DNA from: a virus
Taxonomy: Duplodnaviria > Caudoviricetes
Reading direction: 5' to 3' (one strand)
IMG/VR virus record: IMGVR_UViG_3300006115_000041
Span: 1 to 33,296 of that record
Length of the DNA: 33,296 nt
Below are positions 25,172-33,296 of the stretch, piece by piece. Within the stretch, counting starts at the first letter, position 1, and the number at the start of each line of letters is the position of its first letter. Position numbers and translations under genes: made by a program. The notes beneath the pieces were generated by a model. It was not told the DNA's origin and searched no databases. It saw only the letters and a list, made by a program, of their open reading frames with translations.

Positions 25172-25818
25172 GGTCTTACACCTTTAGGTTTAGGCATCTT
25201 CCTGTTAGCGAAGGGGCTCTTAGAATCTGCGTCTTTGTTTGATTGTTCCGATTGGCTAGCATCATTTGGCATCGACTTAGCTAATAGCTCGTCGTTTACA
25301 CCTTTCCATTGTGTTAGCGTGTGTGTTTCTTTATTGAGTTCTTTTAGGAACGTCATCATATGCTTTTCGCCGACCATCTTCTGAGCATCGGATTCTGCAT
25401 CACCCATGTCTGGATGCATCAGCATGATATCATATTTGCCGTTCTTAGCATAAGCTGCTGGATTGTCTTTGTCAGCCATCATCTTCTGGTATTCTTCGGT
25501 GGGATCATATTCGGTGCGCACTACTATCCTGCTATCAGGTATGTTAGTAGCTTCGCTCACATAATTCCTCAACACGTTTGAAACACAGGGATATTCTAAG
25601 CTGACTTCATATATATGTACTACTGAACTTTCATATTCTGGAAAATCTAGAGGCACTTTCTGTACTGGAGTAGTGCTCTTGTCCATGCTTACACAGCTGT
25701 ATTTCTCTAGGCTGCTCCTCAGTGTCTGATCGAATTTTTCTGGGAGATCGCCGACGATCTTTATCTTAAAATCGTAATACTGTTTGCTCTCATAGAGGTA
25801 TTGGCTAAAACTTTTCAT
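25168..25818 (-). CDS. Hypothetical late protein with a capsid-targeting-like N-terminus
   Basis: It starts MKSFSQYLYES, similar to the T4 internal-protein targeting peptide MKTYQEFIAE. A late motif and the SD AAGGA lie upstream. Confidence 0.6.
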   Translation of the reverse strand: MKSFSQYLYESKQYYDFKIKIVGDLPEKFDQTLRSSLEKYSCVSMDKSTTPVQKVPLDFPEYESSVVHIYEVSLEYPCVSNVLRNYVSEATNIPDSRIVVRTEYDPTEEYQKMMADKDNPAAYAKNGKYDIMLMHPDMGDAESDAQKMVGEKHMMTFLKELNKETHTLTQWKGVNDELLAKSMPNDASQSEQSNKDADSKSPFANRKMPKPKGVRP

Positions 25819-25835
25819 GATTCGTGGTCCTTAAA

Positions 25836-26330
25836 CTATTTATCTATCTTTTTGAGTTTTTCAAGCAAACTGTTGCGATCACTAATCACATAGTCAGTCA
25901 CGTCAACAGCGTTGTCATCGCCCTTCTTGAGATCTTGATCTAGTTTCTGTTTCTTTAGCTGTAGATCTACGATCCTCAGCTTCTTATCTATCTTTGCTGC
26001 TTTAGCATCTATGGCATTCTTCATCATATTAGCAGCAGTCTCAAATATCTTGCTGCTATACCTCACTTCTACATTCATACCTAGATCCATTAGATCTTCG
26101 TAGGCTTTTAATGATTTATTTGCTAAGTCGTCAAACTCTTTGTCGCTGCTTGAACCTAAGCCATCTACTGTCGGTAATGCGAAAGCTACTTTATCAAACT
26201 GCTGTAGAGTAAGTTCGATCTCTTCTTGCTTGGCTATCTCTTTGCTGGCAGCTTTGATCTCTTTCTCTATAACCTTCATCTCTTCTTTGTGTTCTGGGAG
26301 ATTTAGCAGCTCTTCTAGTTTTTTTGTCAT
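25836..26330 (-). CDS. Probable terminase small subunit (gp16-like)
   Basis: 164-aa helical/coiled-coil protein. The R...IFETAANMMK...K...DRNSLL pattern is reminiscent of gp16, and the gene is in a packaging neighbourhood. Confidence 0.5.
   Translation of the reverse strand: MTKKLEELLNLPEHKEEMKVIEKEIKAASKEIAKQEEIELTLQQFDKVAFALPTVDGLGSSSDKEFDDLANKSLKAYEDLMDLGMNVEVRYSSKIFETAANMMKNAIDAKAAKIDKKLRIVDLQLKKQKLDQDLKKGDDNAVDVTDYVISDRNSLLEKLKKIDK
25837..25844 (-). promoter_or_regulatory. Late promoter motif GATAAATA
   Basis: Overlaps the end of the upstream gene, 18 nt before the ATG at 25818. Confidence 0.6.
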
Positions 26331-26337
26331 ACATTAC

Positions 26338-26778
26338 TTATTTTCTTTTGCTGCCTTGGTGGAATAAATCATGTTCATTTACCACACGGAACCTAATACC
26401 TTTTTGTTTAGCCCAGGCGTGTGCAGCTTCCCATTTGGCCATGTTCTTCACATACTGTATCTGATTGACTGGATTCTTGCCTACTTTTTCCAACAGCTGA
26501 TGATTGCTGGGTTTTATCTCTACTATTTCAGCGTGTTTCTTGCTATCTTTATCTGTATATACGATAAAGAAATCAGGAACGTATACAGTCGATCTATTCG
26601 TTACAGGACACTTGTATGGTATCTTTATGCTTTCACTAGCCCAATGATGTATGCTAGGATGTTCGTCACAGGCTTTCATAAATGCGAATTCCCAGCTGCT
26701 ACGATAGTGAGGATCACTGGTTCCTACATATTTGTGTTGATTTTTGAGGGCATATTTTCCCTGCGCAAACTTTCCCAT
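26338..26778 (-). CDS. gp4: Head completion nuclease (T4 gp4 / TnsA-like PD-(D/E)xK)
   Basis: KYVG, YRSSWE, WASE, YVPDF, EIKP, N.AKWEAA and F.VVNE motifs. Confidence 0.9.
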   Translation of the reverse strand: MGKFAQGKYALKNQHKYVGTSDPHYRSSWEFAFMKACDEHPSIHHWASESIKIPYKCPVTNRSTVYVPDFFIVYTDKDSKKHAEIVEIKPSNHQLLEKVGKNPVNQIQYVKNMAKWEAAHAWAKQKGIRFRVVNEHDLFHQGSKRK

Positions 26779-27167
26779 TAGGCTAGAATGTTCCTTATCT
26801 CAAAATCAAATAGATTAGTTTGATCTACTCTATTGGCCAATATACTGGTTGGTACTCTGTTATAGTTTAGTATCTCGATTATGATCTGGCTTAACTGTAA
26901 TTCGTTAAGTCCTTTTAGTTTATCTAAAAGTTGGAACACGCTGATAGGCGGAGATTCTGCTTTTGCCTGTTTCATTAGTGTTGCAGCTAATGCTGCCGCT
27001 GCTGATGTTTCATAACCTCTGCTAGTAAAGAAACCCAAGACTGCATCAGTTTCCCCTGCAGGAAATGCTATAGGTTGGGCGTAATAGGTATCAAAGAAGT
27101 TTTTCATCTTTGATGCGCTATCGGTAGGTTTAGTATCAGCTGGTAAATTCGTCGTGCTTGTGTTCAT
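26778..27167 (-). CDS. Hypothetical late protein
   Basis: 129-aa ORF with a TAATG overlap on gp4 and TATAAATA 4 nt upstream. Confidence 0.7.
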   Translation of the reverse strand: MNTSTTNLPADTKPTDSASKMKNFFDTYYAQPIAFPAGETDAVLGFFTSRGYETSAAAALAATLMKQAKAESPPISVFQLLDKLKGLNELQLSQIIIEILNYNRVPTSILANRVDQTNLFDFEIRNILA

Positions 27168-27171
27168 CGAT

Positions 27172-27179
27172 TATTTATA
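27172..27179 (-). promoter_or_regulatory. Late promoter TATAAATA
   Basis: Exact consensus, 4 nt before the ATG at 27167. Confidence 0.75.
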
Positions 27180-27190
27180 TATCTGATGAA

Positions 27191-28912
27191 TCAGACTTCG
27201 TACTCACCTGAGTTATCTTCTATAACAGGATCCGCATCAGCTACTTGGTCTGCTGGTGCTACAGGATCGTTTACAGCAACATCATTGGTGTTCTCTCCGC
27301 TGTCAGCGGCAGCAGCAGCTTCTGGATTAGGCGAAGGTGTATCTGGTTGTGCCTGTGCATCCATACTAAGAGAAGTATCTGATGCTCTATTTCCTTTATC
27401 ATCCCAGGCCGACTTAACATTACCGTTCGCGTCTCTTGTAACACTTCCTGACACAAATCCATCTTTCTGATATGTTGTTATAGTCGTTCCATCTGGAAGT
27501 TTTGCAACCTGATCAACTGTTCCAGCTGATGATACTTTATCAGCCAAAGAACTAGCTGCTGTAGGCTGTGGTCCATTATTAGCTGCGGCTGGCGAACCAA
27601 AATTGCCAGCTGCACTGTTTGAATTTCCGCTAGAACCATCACCTGATGGTATCTGTGTAGGACCGGTGCCACTCCTAACAGTGTTAAATCCGCCTGTATT
27701 GTTATCTGTAGCGGCTGACGGATTATCTCCATTATTGGGTGCATCATAAACATCTTTGGCTGCTGCTCTATTATTATTATCGCCACTTGGATTACTAGGT
27801 GATGCTACACCATTCTCATCCGTCTGGTTCTGTGATTGATTAGAATTATTACTGTCAGTTAGCCCGTCGTTTCCTGAATTGTCAAACGCTCCGTTTAATA
27901 ATCCTATACCGGCGTTTATCAATCCGGAAGCTGCTCCTGCAGCTAACCCAAATGCTATACCGTTTAAACCTCCTGCTTGTTGATATGGGGAGTTGCCATA
28001 GAAAGATCTAGAACCGTAACCAAACGGGGTACGATTACCTCTATCTAGATCATAAGGATATCGAGATCTACTGTTAGATGGATATTTGTTGAGGAGATCA
28101 TTCGTCCTAACATCCCCAAATACTCCTTCCACACCTTCTTTGTTATATTCGTTTACAAGAGGACTAGGTATATTATCGTAATGCAATACCGCCCAACCAG
28201 TAGGATCATCTTGCTGTATAGTACCATTAGAATATAGAACAGCATCATATATGATGCTTAGTTTGTGGTTTATAGTACCTGCCGATTCGTCTTGATTGAC
28301 TGCATCATGATCCCACTGTGTTATCTTTGGTAAACAGAGCAAGTAGCTGTTGAATTGATGCCTATTGATGGTGAATAGTTGTATGCTATAAAAGAAAGGC
28401 TCGCGGCTTTTGGATCCGTTGTCTAGTCCATATTGGAAAGGCCAGCGTGATTTGTTATGATAGGTATGTGATTGATAAGCTGCGGGAAATACATCACCAT
28501 AAGGTCCGTAGTTGTTGTTCCTATCTCCGAAGTAGTATCCGTAATATGATGCCCAAAGAGAGTTAACGTTGCCATAGTTGTCGTCGTGCATTACCATATT
28601 GATCGGCATATAGTTTATCTTTTTGTAGATATGCGCTTTCCTATTGTATTGATAAAACGGTTCAGTATCTATCTGGAACTTAGGGAGATCGCTGCTCCTC
28701 ACTAGATAGTTTAGTTCTAGTCCTGCTTTTGATTGCAAATCGGGTGCTACATTAGGATTGATATTGAAGACTACATAATAGAGGAATTTTACCTTAGGTG
28801 CCAGTCGGAAGTTGTCATCTACATATAATCTAGAAGCGTGCTGATAATCTCCCAGGTTGCCCTTGTCACCTGTGATAGTGTTACCTAAGTAGCCGTCGAA
28901 TTTATTTGCCAT
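27191..28912 (-). CDS. Tail-tube-like baseplate / tube-initiator protein (gp48/gp54-like) with a low-complexity C-terminal extension
   Basis: The N-terminal ~250 aa show tube-fold motifs (SSDLPKFQI...QYNRK...Y.PI.MVMHDD...PKIT...YD). The gene is adjacent to the tube gene. Start reassigned to the ATG at 28912 (MANKF), 4 nt after TATAAATA. Confidence 0.65.
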   Translation of the reverse strand: MANKFDGYLGNTITGDKGNLGDYQHASRLYVDDNFRLAPKVKFLYYVVFNINPNVAPDLQSKAGLELNYLVRSSDLPKFQIDTEPFYQYNRKAHIYKKINYMPINMVMHDDNYGNVNSLWASYYGYYFGDRNNNYGPYGDVFPAAYQSHTYHNKSRWPFQYGLDNGSKSREPFFYSIQLFTINRHQFNSYLLCLPKITQWDHDAVNQDESAGTINHKLSIIYDAVLYSNGTIQQDDPTGWAVLHYDNIPSPLVNEYNKEGVEGVFGDVRTNDLLNKYPSNSRSRYPYDLDRGNRTPFGYGSRSFYGNSPYQQAGGLNGIAFGLAAGAASGLINAGIGLLNGAFDNSGNDGLTDSNNSNQSQNQTDENGVASPSNPSGDNNNRAAAKDVYDAPNNGDNPSAATDNNTGGFNTVRSGTGPTQIPSGDGSSGNSNSAAGNFGSPAAANNGPQPTAASSLADKVSSAGTVDQVAKLPDGTTITTYQKDGFVSGSVTRDANGNVKSAWDDKGNRASDTSLSMDAQAQPDTPSPNPEAAAAADSGENTNDVAVNDPVAPADQVADADPVIEDNSGEYEV

Positions 28913-28916
28913 ATAG

Positions 28917-28924
28917 TATTTATA
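28917..28924 (-). promoter_or_regulatory. Late promoter TATAAATA
   Basis: Exact consensus just downstream of the tube terminator. Confidence 0.75.
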
Positions 28925-28928
28925 CCAC

Positions 28929-28959
28929 AAAAAAAGACCGGATTTTTCCGATCTTTTTT
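28929..28959 (-). terminator. Rho-independent terminator after the tail tube gene
   Basis: The minus strand reads AAAAAAGATCGGA-AAAA-TCCGGTCTTTTTTT. Confidence 0.8.
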
Positions 28960-28983
28960 AAACTAGAAATTTCGTTATTTGTA

Positions 28984-29607
28984 TTAGCCGGCACCAGTCG
29001 AAATAGCGCCAACAGTACGACCAACATTAACACCGATACCAGCACCCTGTGGAGTCTGTATAGCGTTGTCATAGCGTATGCTGAGTGATATCTGTGTAGC
29101 TTCGTTTGAGCTGTATGCTAGGCTTCCGTAGTTAGCTGACACTAAGAAACAACCATACATTTCCCAAGTTTCAAGCACGTTTGGTGTATAAGCACCATTA
29201 CCGCCATCTAGTATTTCGATGCGTGTTAGGAACTTATAATCAACACCACTAGCAGCTGAACTCTGCTCGTAGAAGTCAAATTGCTTCTGCATCTGTTCGC
29301 CTACTAGTTTCTGTACTATGCCAGTAGCATCTTCACGTATGTTGACGCTGATTGGTTGCCAGCTGTGCCTTCCTGCCAAGAACACTTGTGAATTGTAAGC
29401 GTTCATTGTTATTTCTTGGAAACTTGCATTTGGTTTTGTGCAATCTATGATTTGCCTTGATAGTTCTGTAGTTGGATTGGTTACACCAAATCCGTCAAAG
29501 GTGACCCTAAAGCGATAGTTGAGCTTCGGCATCAGCAAAGTTTGGTTGCCCGCGCTTTGGTCCGAAGATACCGGAACGCTTAATTTTGTTAGTGTTGAAA
29601 TAGCCAT
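28984..29607 (-). CDS. gp19: Tail tube protein (T4 gp19 family)
   Basis: 207 aa directly downstream of the sheath, with YRFRV, LAGRHSWQPISV, WEMYGCF and IRYDNA motifs. SD AGGAG. Confidence 0.88.
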   Translation of the reverse strand: MAISTLTKLSVPVSSDQSAGNQTLLMPKLNYRFRVTFDGFGVTNPTTELSRQIIDCTKPNASFQEITMNAYNSQVFLAGRHSWQPISVNIREDATGIVQKLVGEQMQKQFDFYEQSSAASGVDYKFLTRIEILDGGNGAYTPNVLETWEMYGCFLVSANYGSLAYSSNEATQISLSIRYDNAIQTPQGAGIGVNVGRTVGAISTGAG

Positions 29608-29628
29608 TCTAAACTCCTAGTTATACTT

Positions 29629-29636
29629 TATTTATT
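29629..29636 (-). promoter_or_regulatory. Late promoter motif AATAAATA for the tail tube
   Basis: ATAAATA core 21 nt before the ATG, with an SD in the leader. Confidence 0.6.
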
Positions 29637-29665
29637 ATCTAGTCACCATCAAATTTTGGGCTGGA

Positions 29666-32600
29666 TTATTTACTTGATAATCCAGCTATCGCTCCAGTAT
29701 TCTTAATCCTTATTGGGATATAGATGAACTCAATAGCCTTAACAGGTTCGATAGCTATGTCGATATATAGTTCGTTAGCATCGATCCTGCTTGGTGTGTT
29801 GTTTGACGTGTCGCAAACTACTAGGTAGTCGTAAAGCGCACGTTGTCCAACTAGTTCTAGCATTAGGCTTTCTACTGTAGCTTTTACAGAATCTCTAGTC
29901 GTCTTGTCGTTTGGTTCAAACAGATAAGGCTTAGCAAGTATCGAAAGCTGTGTGCGTAGATAAACTATCAACCTAGCTACGTTGATCCTGTCCATAGCGC
30001 TCGCTAGAGGAGCCCTAGTCTTCTGACCGAATACTGTCAATCCGCTTCCTACGAGGAAAGTTATTGGATTTATGCTTAGTTGATATAGCGTATCGCGCTG
30101 GCCGTTGTTTAGAGCGATGCTCTTGAACTCACCAGTTGCTGCATCAATATAACCACTTGCAGTAGCGTTATTTACGATACCACGGCGTAGTCCTGCTGGA
30201 GCAAACCAAGGATAGCTTACGCTATCGCTTAGGCTTATAGTCCTTAGTGCCATATGGCTTGGAGGAACTACGATGCTATTACCAAAGTTATCGTTTGTAT
30301 AACCACTTGGATAGTAAACACCTAGATAATCATCAAATGTTACTAGACCTTTTTCGTTGTTATCAACTGCAACAGCAGCATTTGAGAAATAATAGTTTAG
30401 TGAAGTAGCATCGCTTGGTAGACGGAATGGAGTATCGCCTACGACAAACGCTGTCTGCTTGCGATCTACGTTCAATTCAACCATGTTTGAGATCAGTTCT
30501 ACATAACCTGGTGTAGCGATTAGATTGAATAGTTTCCTTTCATCATCACGTATATCTTGGTTAGTGTCGACTAATGCCTTTAGCTTCTGCACTACTATGC
30601 TGCGTTGGGCGTGCCTTCCGAAGTAAGCTACTAGATTCTCATCAGTACCGCTAGCGCTTATCCAACGATCCGCTGCATAACCGTCTTCGCTTTCGTTGTT
30701 AAAGCGTAGGTTGATCGAACCATTGTTTGTATTAATGTAATTCTTAACATATGATTTTACATTAAATCCGCTGCGACGTGTGTTGAATAATAGCATACCA
30801 CGTGGATAAAGCGCAGGATCTGGAGTATCAAAATCTATGAAGTTGCTGTGTAACAGATCAGCTATATCGCCTGGCATATCACTGTTTGCACCGTTTACGT
30901 TGTAACGTGCATCTGCGAATATGATACCATTTTCTGTAGTGTGATCTGTATTATCTACAGGCACCCAAGTTAGGCTATAATTGTCCCAGATATTGATCAT
31001 CGGATAGTTTTCGATATCGCTAGTGTCTATCCATATATCGCCAGTGCGTAGGTGTGTACCATCGCTCTGTGTAGTTGGCCTTGAAGCTTGTACTAGAGGA
31101 CCAGCAGGATCTGTTAAGAAATCAGCGCCGTTTGTGCTATAGTATGGGCTAGTTGGATCTCTATAGCCTACCCAAGTATGACCGTTGTGTATCATTATAT
31201 CAACTTGGTCGATTATGTTGTTGTACCATAGTGTTCCAGTTGTTGGTGTTAGTGCAGGAGCTACGCTGCTAGCAGTATATAGTAGTGGTTCCCAGTTTGT
31301 AGCTACAAATTTGTGTGCTGTATCACCTTCTGGAGCAGTGTATAGGCTATCGGTACCGCTACCGGTGTTTACATTGTATCCTGTATAACCGAGATGTGTT
31401 AGAGCATCAAATGTTTCACTTGGGCCGCTACCTGCATGTATTCCAGCAGCTACACGTATCTCACCACCTGTGTTGTGTTGTATTATCAGCTGATTCATCG
31501 CATTAACACTGGCTTCAATATTAGTAAAACCTGCACCATTGATAGTTGCTGCTACTAGTGATGCATCAGTTGCTGACGCATCAGCAGTGAATTGGATCAA
31601 CCTATCTACATCTAGTGCTGCTGTTCCTACTAGTGATTCTGCTAGGCTAAACTGATAGATCCTCTTGGTGTAAGTGGTAGCAGTTAGCGTAATTGGACTG
31701 CCGCTGCTGGCTATGTTCTGTGAATTAGTTACAGTATAAGTACCAACGCCGCCTGTGTCTCCGCTAATTTGTGCAGTTATTACAGTTCCAGGTAACACGC
31801 CCAATCCAGTGATAACTTGGTTCGCTGCAACTGTTCCTAAACTTATAGTTGCTACGTGTAGCGTAGTGCCAACGATATAACCAGTGAATGTGAATCCTTG
31901 AGAACCCTGTGGGAAAGTAGTAGCATCGATCACCTTGCTGACAAACTGTGTTGGATCTGGTTGTGTCCTGCGATAGATCTTGTAGTCAGCATATGAAGGA
32001 CTTCCATCAACTTGTGATGACTCAGTAACATTGTATTGTGCATAGAGTGTGCCTGTATTGATGTTCTTACCGCCGCCTGCTAGGTCTAGGCCATATGTCG
32101 CATCTTGATTGTTATCATAAACTGGGCAAGTGATCCTGTTCCAGCTGTTAGTGGCCGAACTCCAAACCTTAACATCAACAAATGCACCTAGGTTTACGTT
32201 TGTGGTCTTTAGCCATAGGCTGCCTGATGGGCGAGGGAATAAATCTCTAGCCTTGTAACGAGGTACTGTAAAGTGTGGCTGTATGCTTAGTTCTGGACCA
32301 TAATAGGTACCTGTTGCTATACCAACTGCGCTATCACTAGCAGCAGCAGTAACAATAGATCCTGTACCTGCTGCTAATACGATGGCATTGGCTTTTGGAT
32401 TTGAAAACTCAACGGCTCCATTAACTAGCGCACTGTTGCTGGTATTCATATAAACGATATTGTTTACTGGATCAACTGTTATTACTTTAGCACCGTATGT
32501 GATGCCAGCACCAAATACGTTGTTTCCTACAGTGATACCTGTGATGCTAGCTACAGTGATGTAGTCATCACCGATAAAGCCAGTAGCAGTAGTTTCTATA

Positions 32601-33295
32601 TAATAATCCTGGAATATCACAGGAACGCTGCTTAAATCTTGGCTGATAGGATGATCTAGAGTGATAACGTCACCGTTGATGTCTACGATAGTTCCTGGTA
32701 GATTTTGACTCTGTCCTACTCCATACCAATGACCGTTTAGATCAGTTACTGTCATTCCCTTTATCAGTGTTGCGCCAACTCCTGATGCTACAGTTATGTC
32801 TGTTGGACTAACTGTGCTGCTACCAGTAGCAGTAGTTTCAACGTTTGTTGAAGTATTACCATTAGTAAACAGCTGTAGCCTTGCATTTACTATGTCTGCT
32901 GTAACACCATGTGAATCTGTTAAAGAGTTTATATTAGTCTTTAGACTGTTGAGATTGTTTCCACTTGCTGTAATGAGTACATTGTTAATGTAGAATGTAT
33001 CACCTATATTGATAGATGGATTGCTCTTAGTTCCTTTTGCTGCTGGCCAGCTAGCATACCAATCGCTGCTGCCTACTTCAACCCACATTCCCATATAGTT
33101 CTTGAAATATGCAACAAGTGTAGTCGAAACTGCTACCACAGCATATGTACCGATAGTACCAATTGCCCCACTTGGGAAACCAGTCATTGGATCTAGTTGT
33201 GTAGCATCTGTGATTACTAGAGGAACGATATTTGTAAACTGTTGTCCACCGCTAGTTGTGCTAGCTTCGCCATTCCATTGGAATATACCCCAATG
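29666..33295 (-). CDS. gp18: Contractile tail sheath protein (T4 gp18 family), 5'-truncated by the window edge
   Basis: C-terminal sheath motifs YYP, VPPS, WFAPAG.RRG, RDTLY...INPI, GQKT, DRINVARL, FEPND, CDTSNNTP and P.KAIEFI. The frame stays open beyond the ATG at 33187 to the window end (over 1200 aa). Confidence 0.95.
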   Translation of the reverse strand, partial: HWGIFQWNGEASTTSGGQQFTNIVPLVITDATQLDPMTGFPSGAIGTIGTYAVVAVSTTLVAYFKNYMGMWVEVGSSDWYASWPAAKGTKSNPSINIGDTFYINNVLITASGNNLNSLKTNINSLTDSHGVTADIVNARLQLFTNGNTSTNVETTATGSSTVSPTDITVASGVGATLIKGMTVTDLNGHWYGVGQSQNLPGTIVDINGDVITLDHPISQDLSSVPVIFQDYYIETTATGFIGDDYITVASITGITVGNNVFGAGITYGAKVITVDPVNNIVYMNTSNSALVNGAVEFSNPKANAIVLAAGTGSIVTAAASDSAVGIATGTYYGPELSIQPHFTVPRYKARDLFPRPSGSLWLKTTNVNLGAFVDVKVWSSATNSWNRITCPVYDNNQDATYGLDLAGGGKNINTGTLYAQYNVTESSQVDGSPSYADYKIYRRTQPDPTQFVSKVIDATTFPQGSQGFTFTGYIVGTTLHVATISLGTVAANQVITGLGVLPGTVITAQISGDTGGVGTYTVTNSQNIASSGSPITLTATTYTKRIYQFSLAESLVGTAALDVDRLIQFTADASATDASLVAATINGAGFTNIEASVNAMNQLIIQHNTGGEIRVAAGIHAGSGPSETFDALTHLGYTGYNVNTGSGTDSLYTAPEGDTAHKFVATNWEPLLYTASSVAPALTPTTGTLWYNNIIDQVDIMIHNGHTWVGYRDPTSPYYSTNGADFLTDPAGPLVQASRPTTQSDGTHLRTGDIWIDTSDIENYPMINIWDNYSLTWVPVDNTDHTTENGIIFADARYNVNGANSDMPGDIADLLHSNFIDFDTPDPALYPRGMLLFNTRRSGFNVKSYVKNYINTNNGSINLRFNNESEDGYAADRWISASGTDENLVAYFGRHAQRSIVVQKLKALVDTNQDIRDDERKLFNLIATPGYVELISNMVELNVDRKQTAFVVGDTPFRLPSDATSLNYYFSNAAVAVDNNEKGLVTFDDYLGVYYPSGYTNDNFGNSIVVPPSHMALRTISLSDSVSYPWFAPAGLRRGIVNNATASGYIDAATGEFKSIALNNGQRDTLYQLSINPITFLVGSGLTVFGQKTRAPLASAMDRINVARLIVYLRTQLSILAKPYLFEPNDKTTRDSVKATVESLMLELVGQRALYDYLVVCDTSNNTPSRIDANELYIDIAIEPVKAIEFIYIPIRIKNTGAIAGLSSK

Positions 33296-33296
33296 G

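Noticed and set aside
26338-26778. TnsA-like nuclease as evidence of a Tn7 element
   Set aside because: There are no tnsB/C genes or transposon ends. The motifs and context match the T4 gp4 head-completion protein.
28913-28930. ORF-track start at 28930 (MWYKYY)
   Set aside because: The GTG lies at the terminator edge and upstream of the TATAAATA promoter. The ATG at 28912 is more plausible.
1201-32993. Numerous antisense or alternate-frame ORFs in the track (e.g. 1812..2201, 4990..5367, 18471..18920, 23526..24047, 26371..26781)
   Set aside because: They lie within or opposite well-supported genes, have no motifs or RBS, and are explained as shadows of coding or low-complexity sequence.
1-33296. 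Stop-codon reassignment (TAG/TGA), as seen in some large phages
   Set aside because: Core genes are full length under the standard code with high coding density. TAG (9219, 19357, 25836) and TGA both end genes at sensible boundaries.

Overview
This window is a fragment of a large, AT-rich, T4-related myovirus genome, probably a jumbo or near-jumbo phage. Almost all genes lie on the minus strand. From right to left there is a late/morphogenesis block: a very large tail sheath cut by the window edge, tail tube, a tube-like baseplate protein, gp4-like head-completion nuclease, probable small terminase, several long low-complexity putative head-internal proteins, and large terminase. A replication/recombination block follows: gp32 SSB, UvsX, UvsY, UvsW, a gp62-like clamp-loader subunit, a zinc-finger protein, a 191-aa minimal DnaE/Pol III-alpha-like protein, primase and gp41 helicase. 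A NodU/TobZ-type carbamoyltransferase with an uncalled 41-aa partner sits between primase and helicase, and two SGNH-like hydrolases and a partial 2OG-Fe(II)-like oxygenase occupy the left end. The most notable observations are (1) a putative virion protein fusing a circularly permuted SGNH esterase to a lytic transglycosylase, (2) the stripped-down DnaE that keeps all three catalytic aspartates, (3) sigma70-type and TATAAATA late promoters repeatedly placed 4-7 nt from start codons, suggesting leaderless mRNAs, and (4) a composite terminator/promoter/repeat element upstream of gp32. All calls come from motif recognition by eye. No database searches were run.
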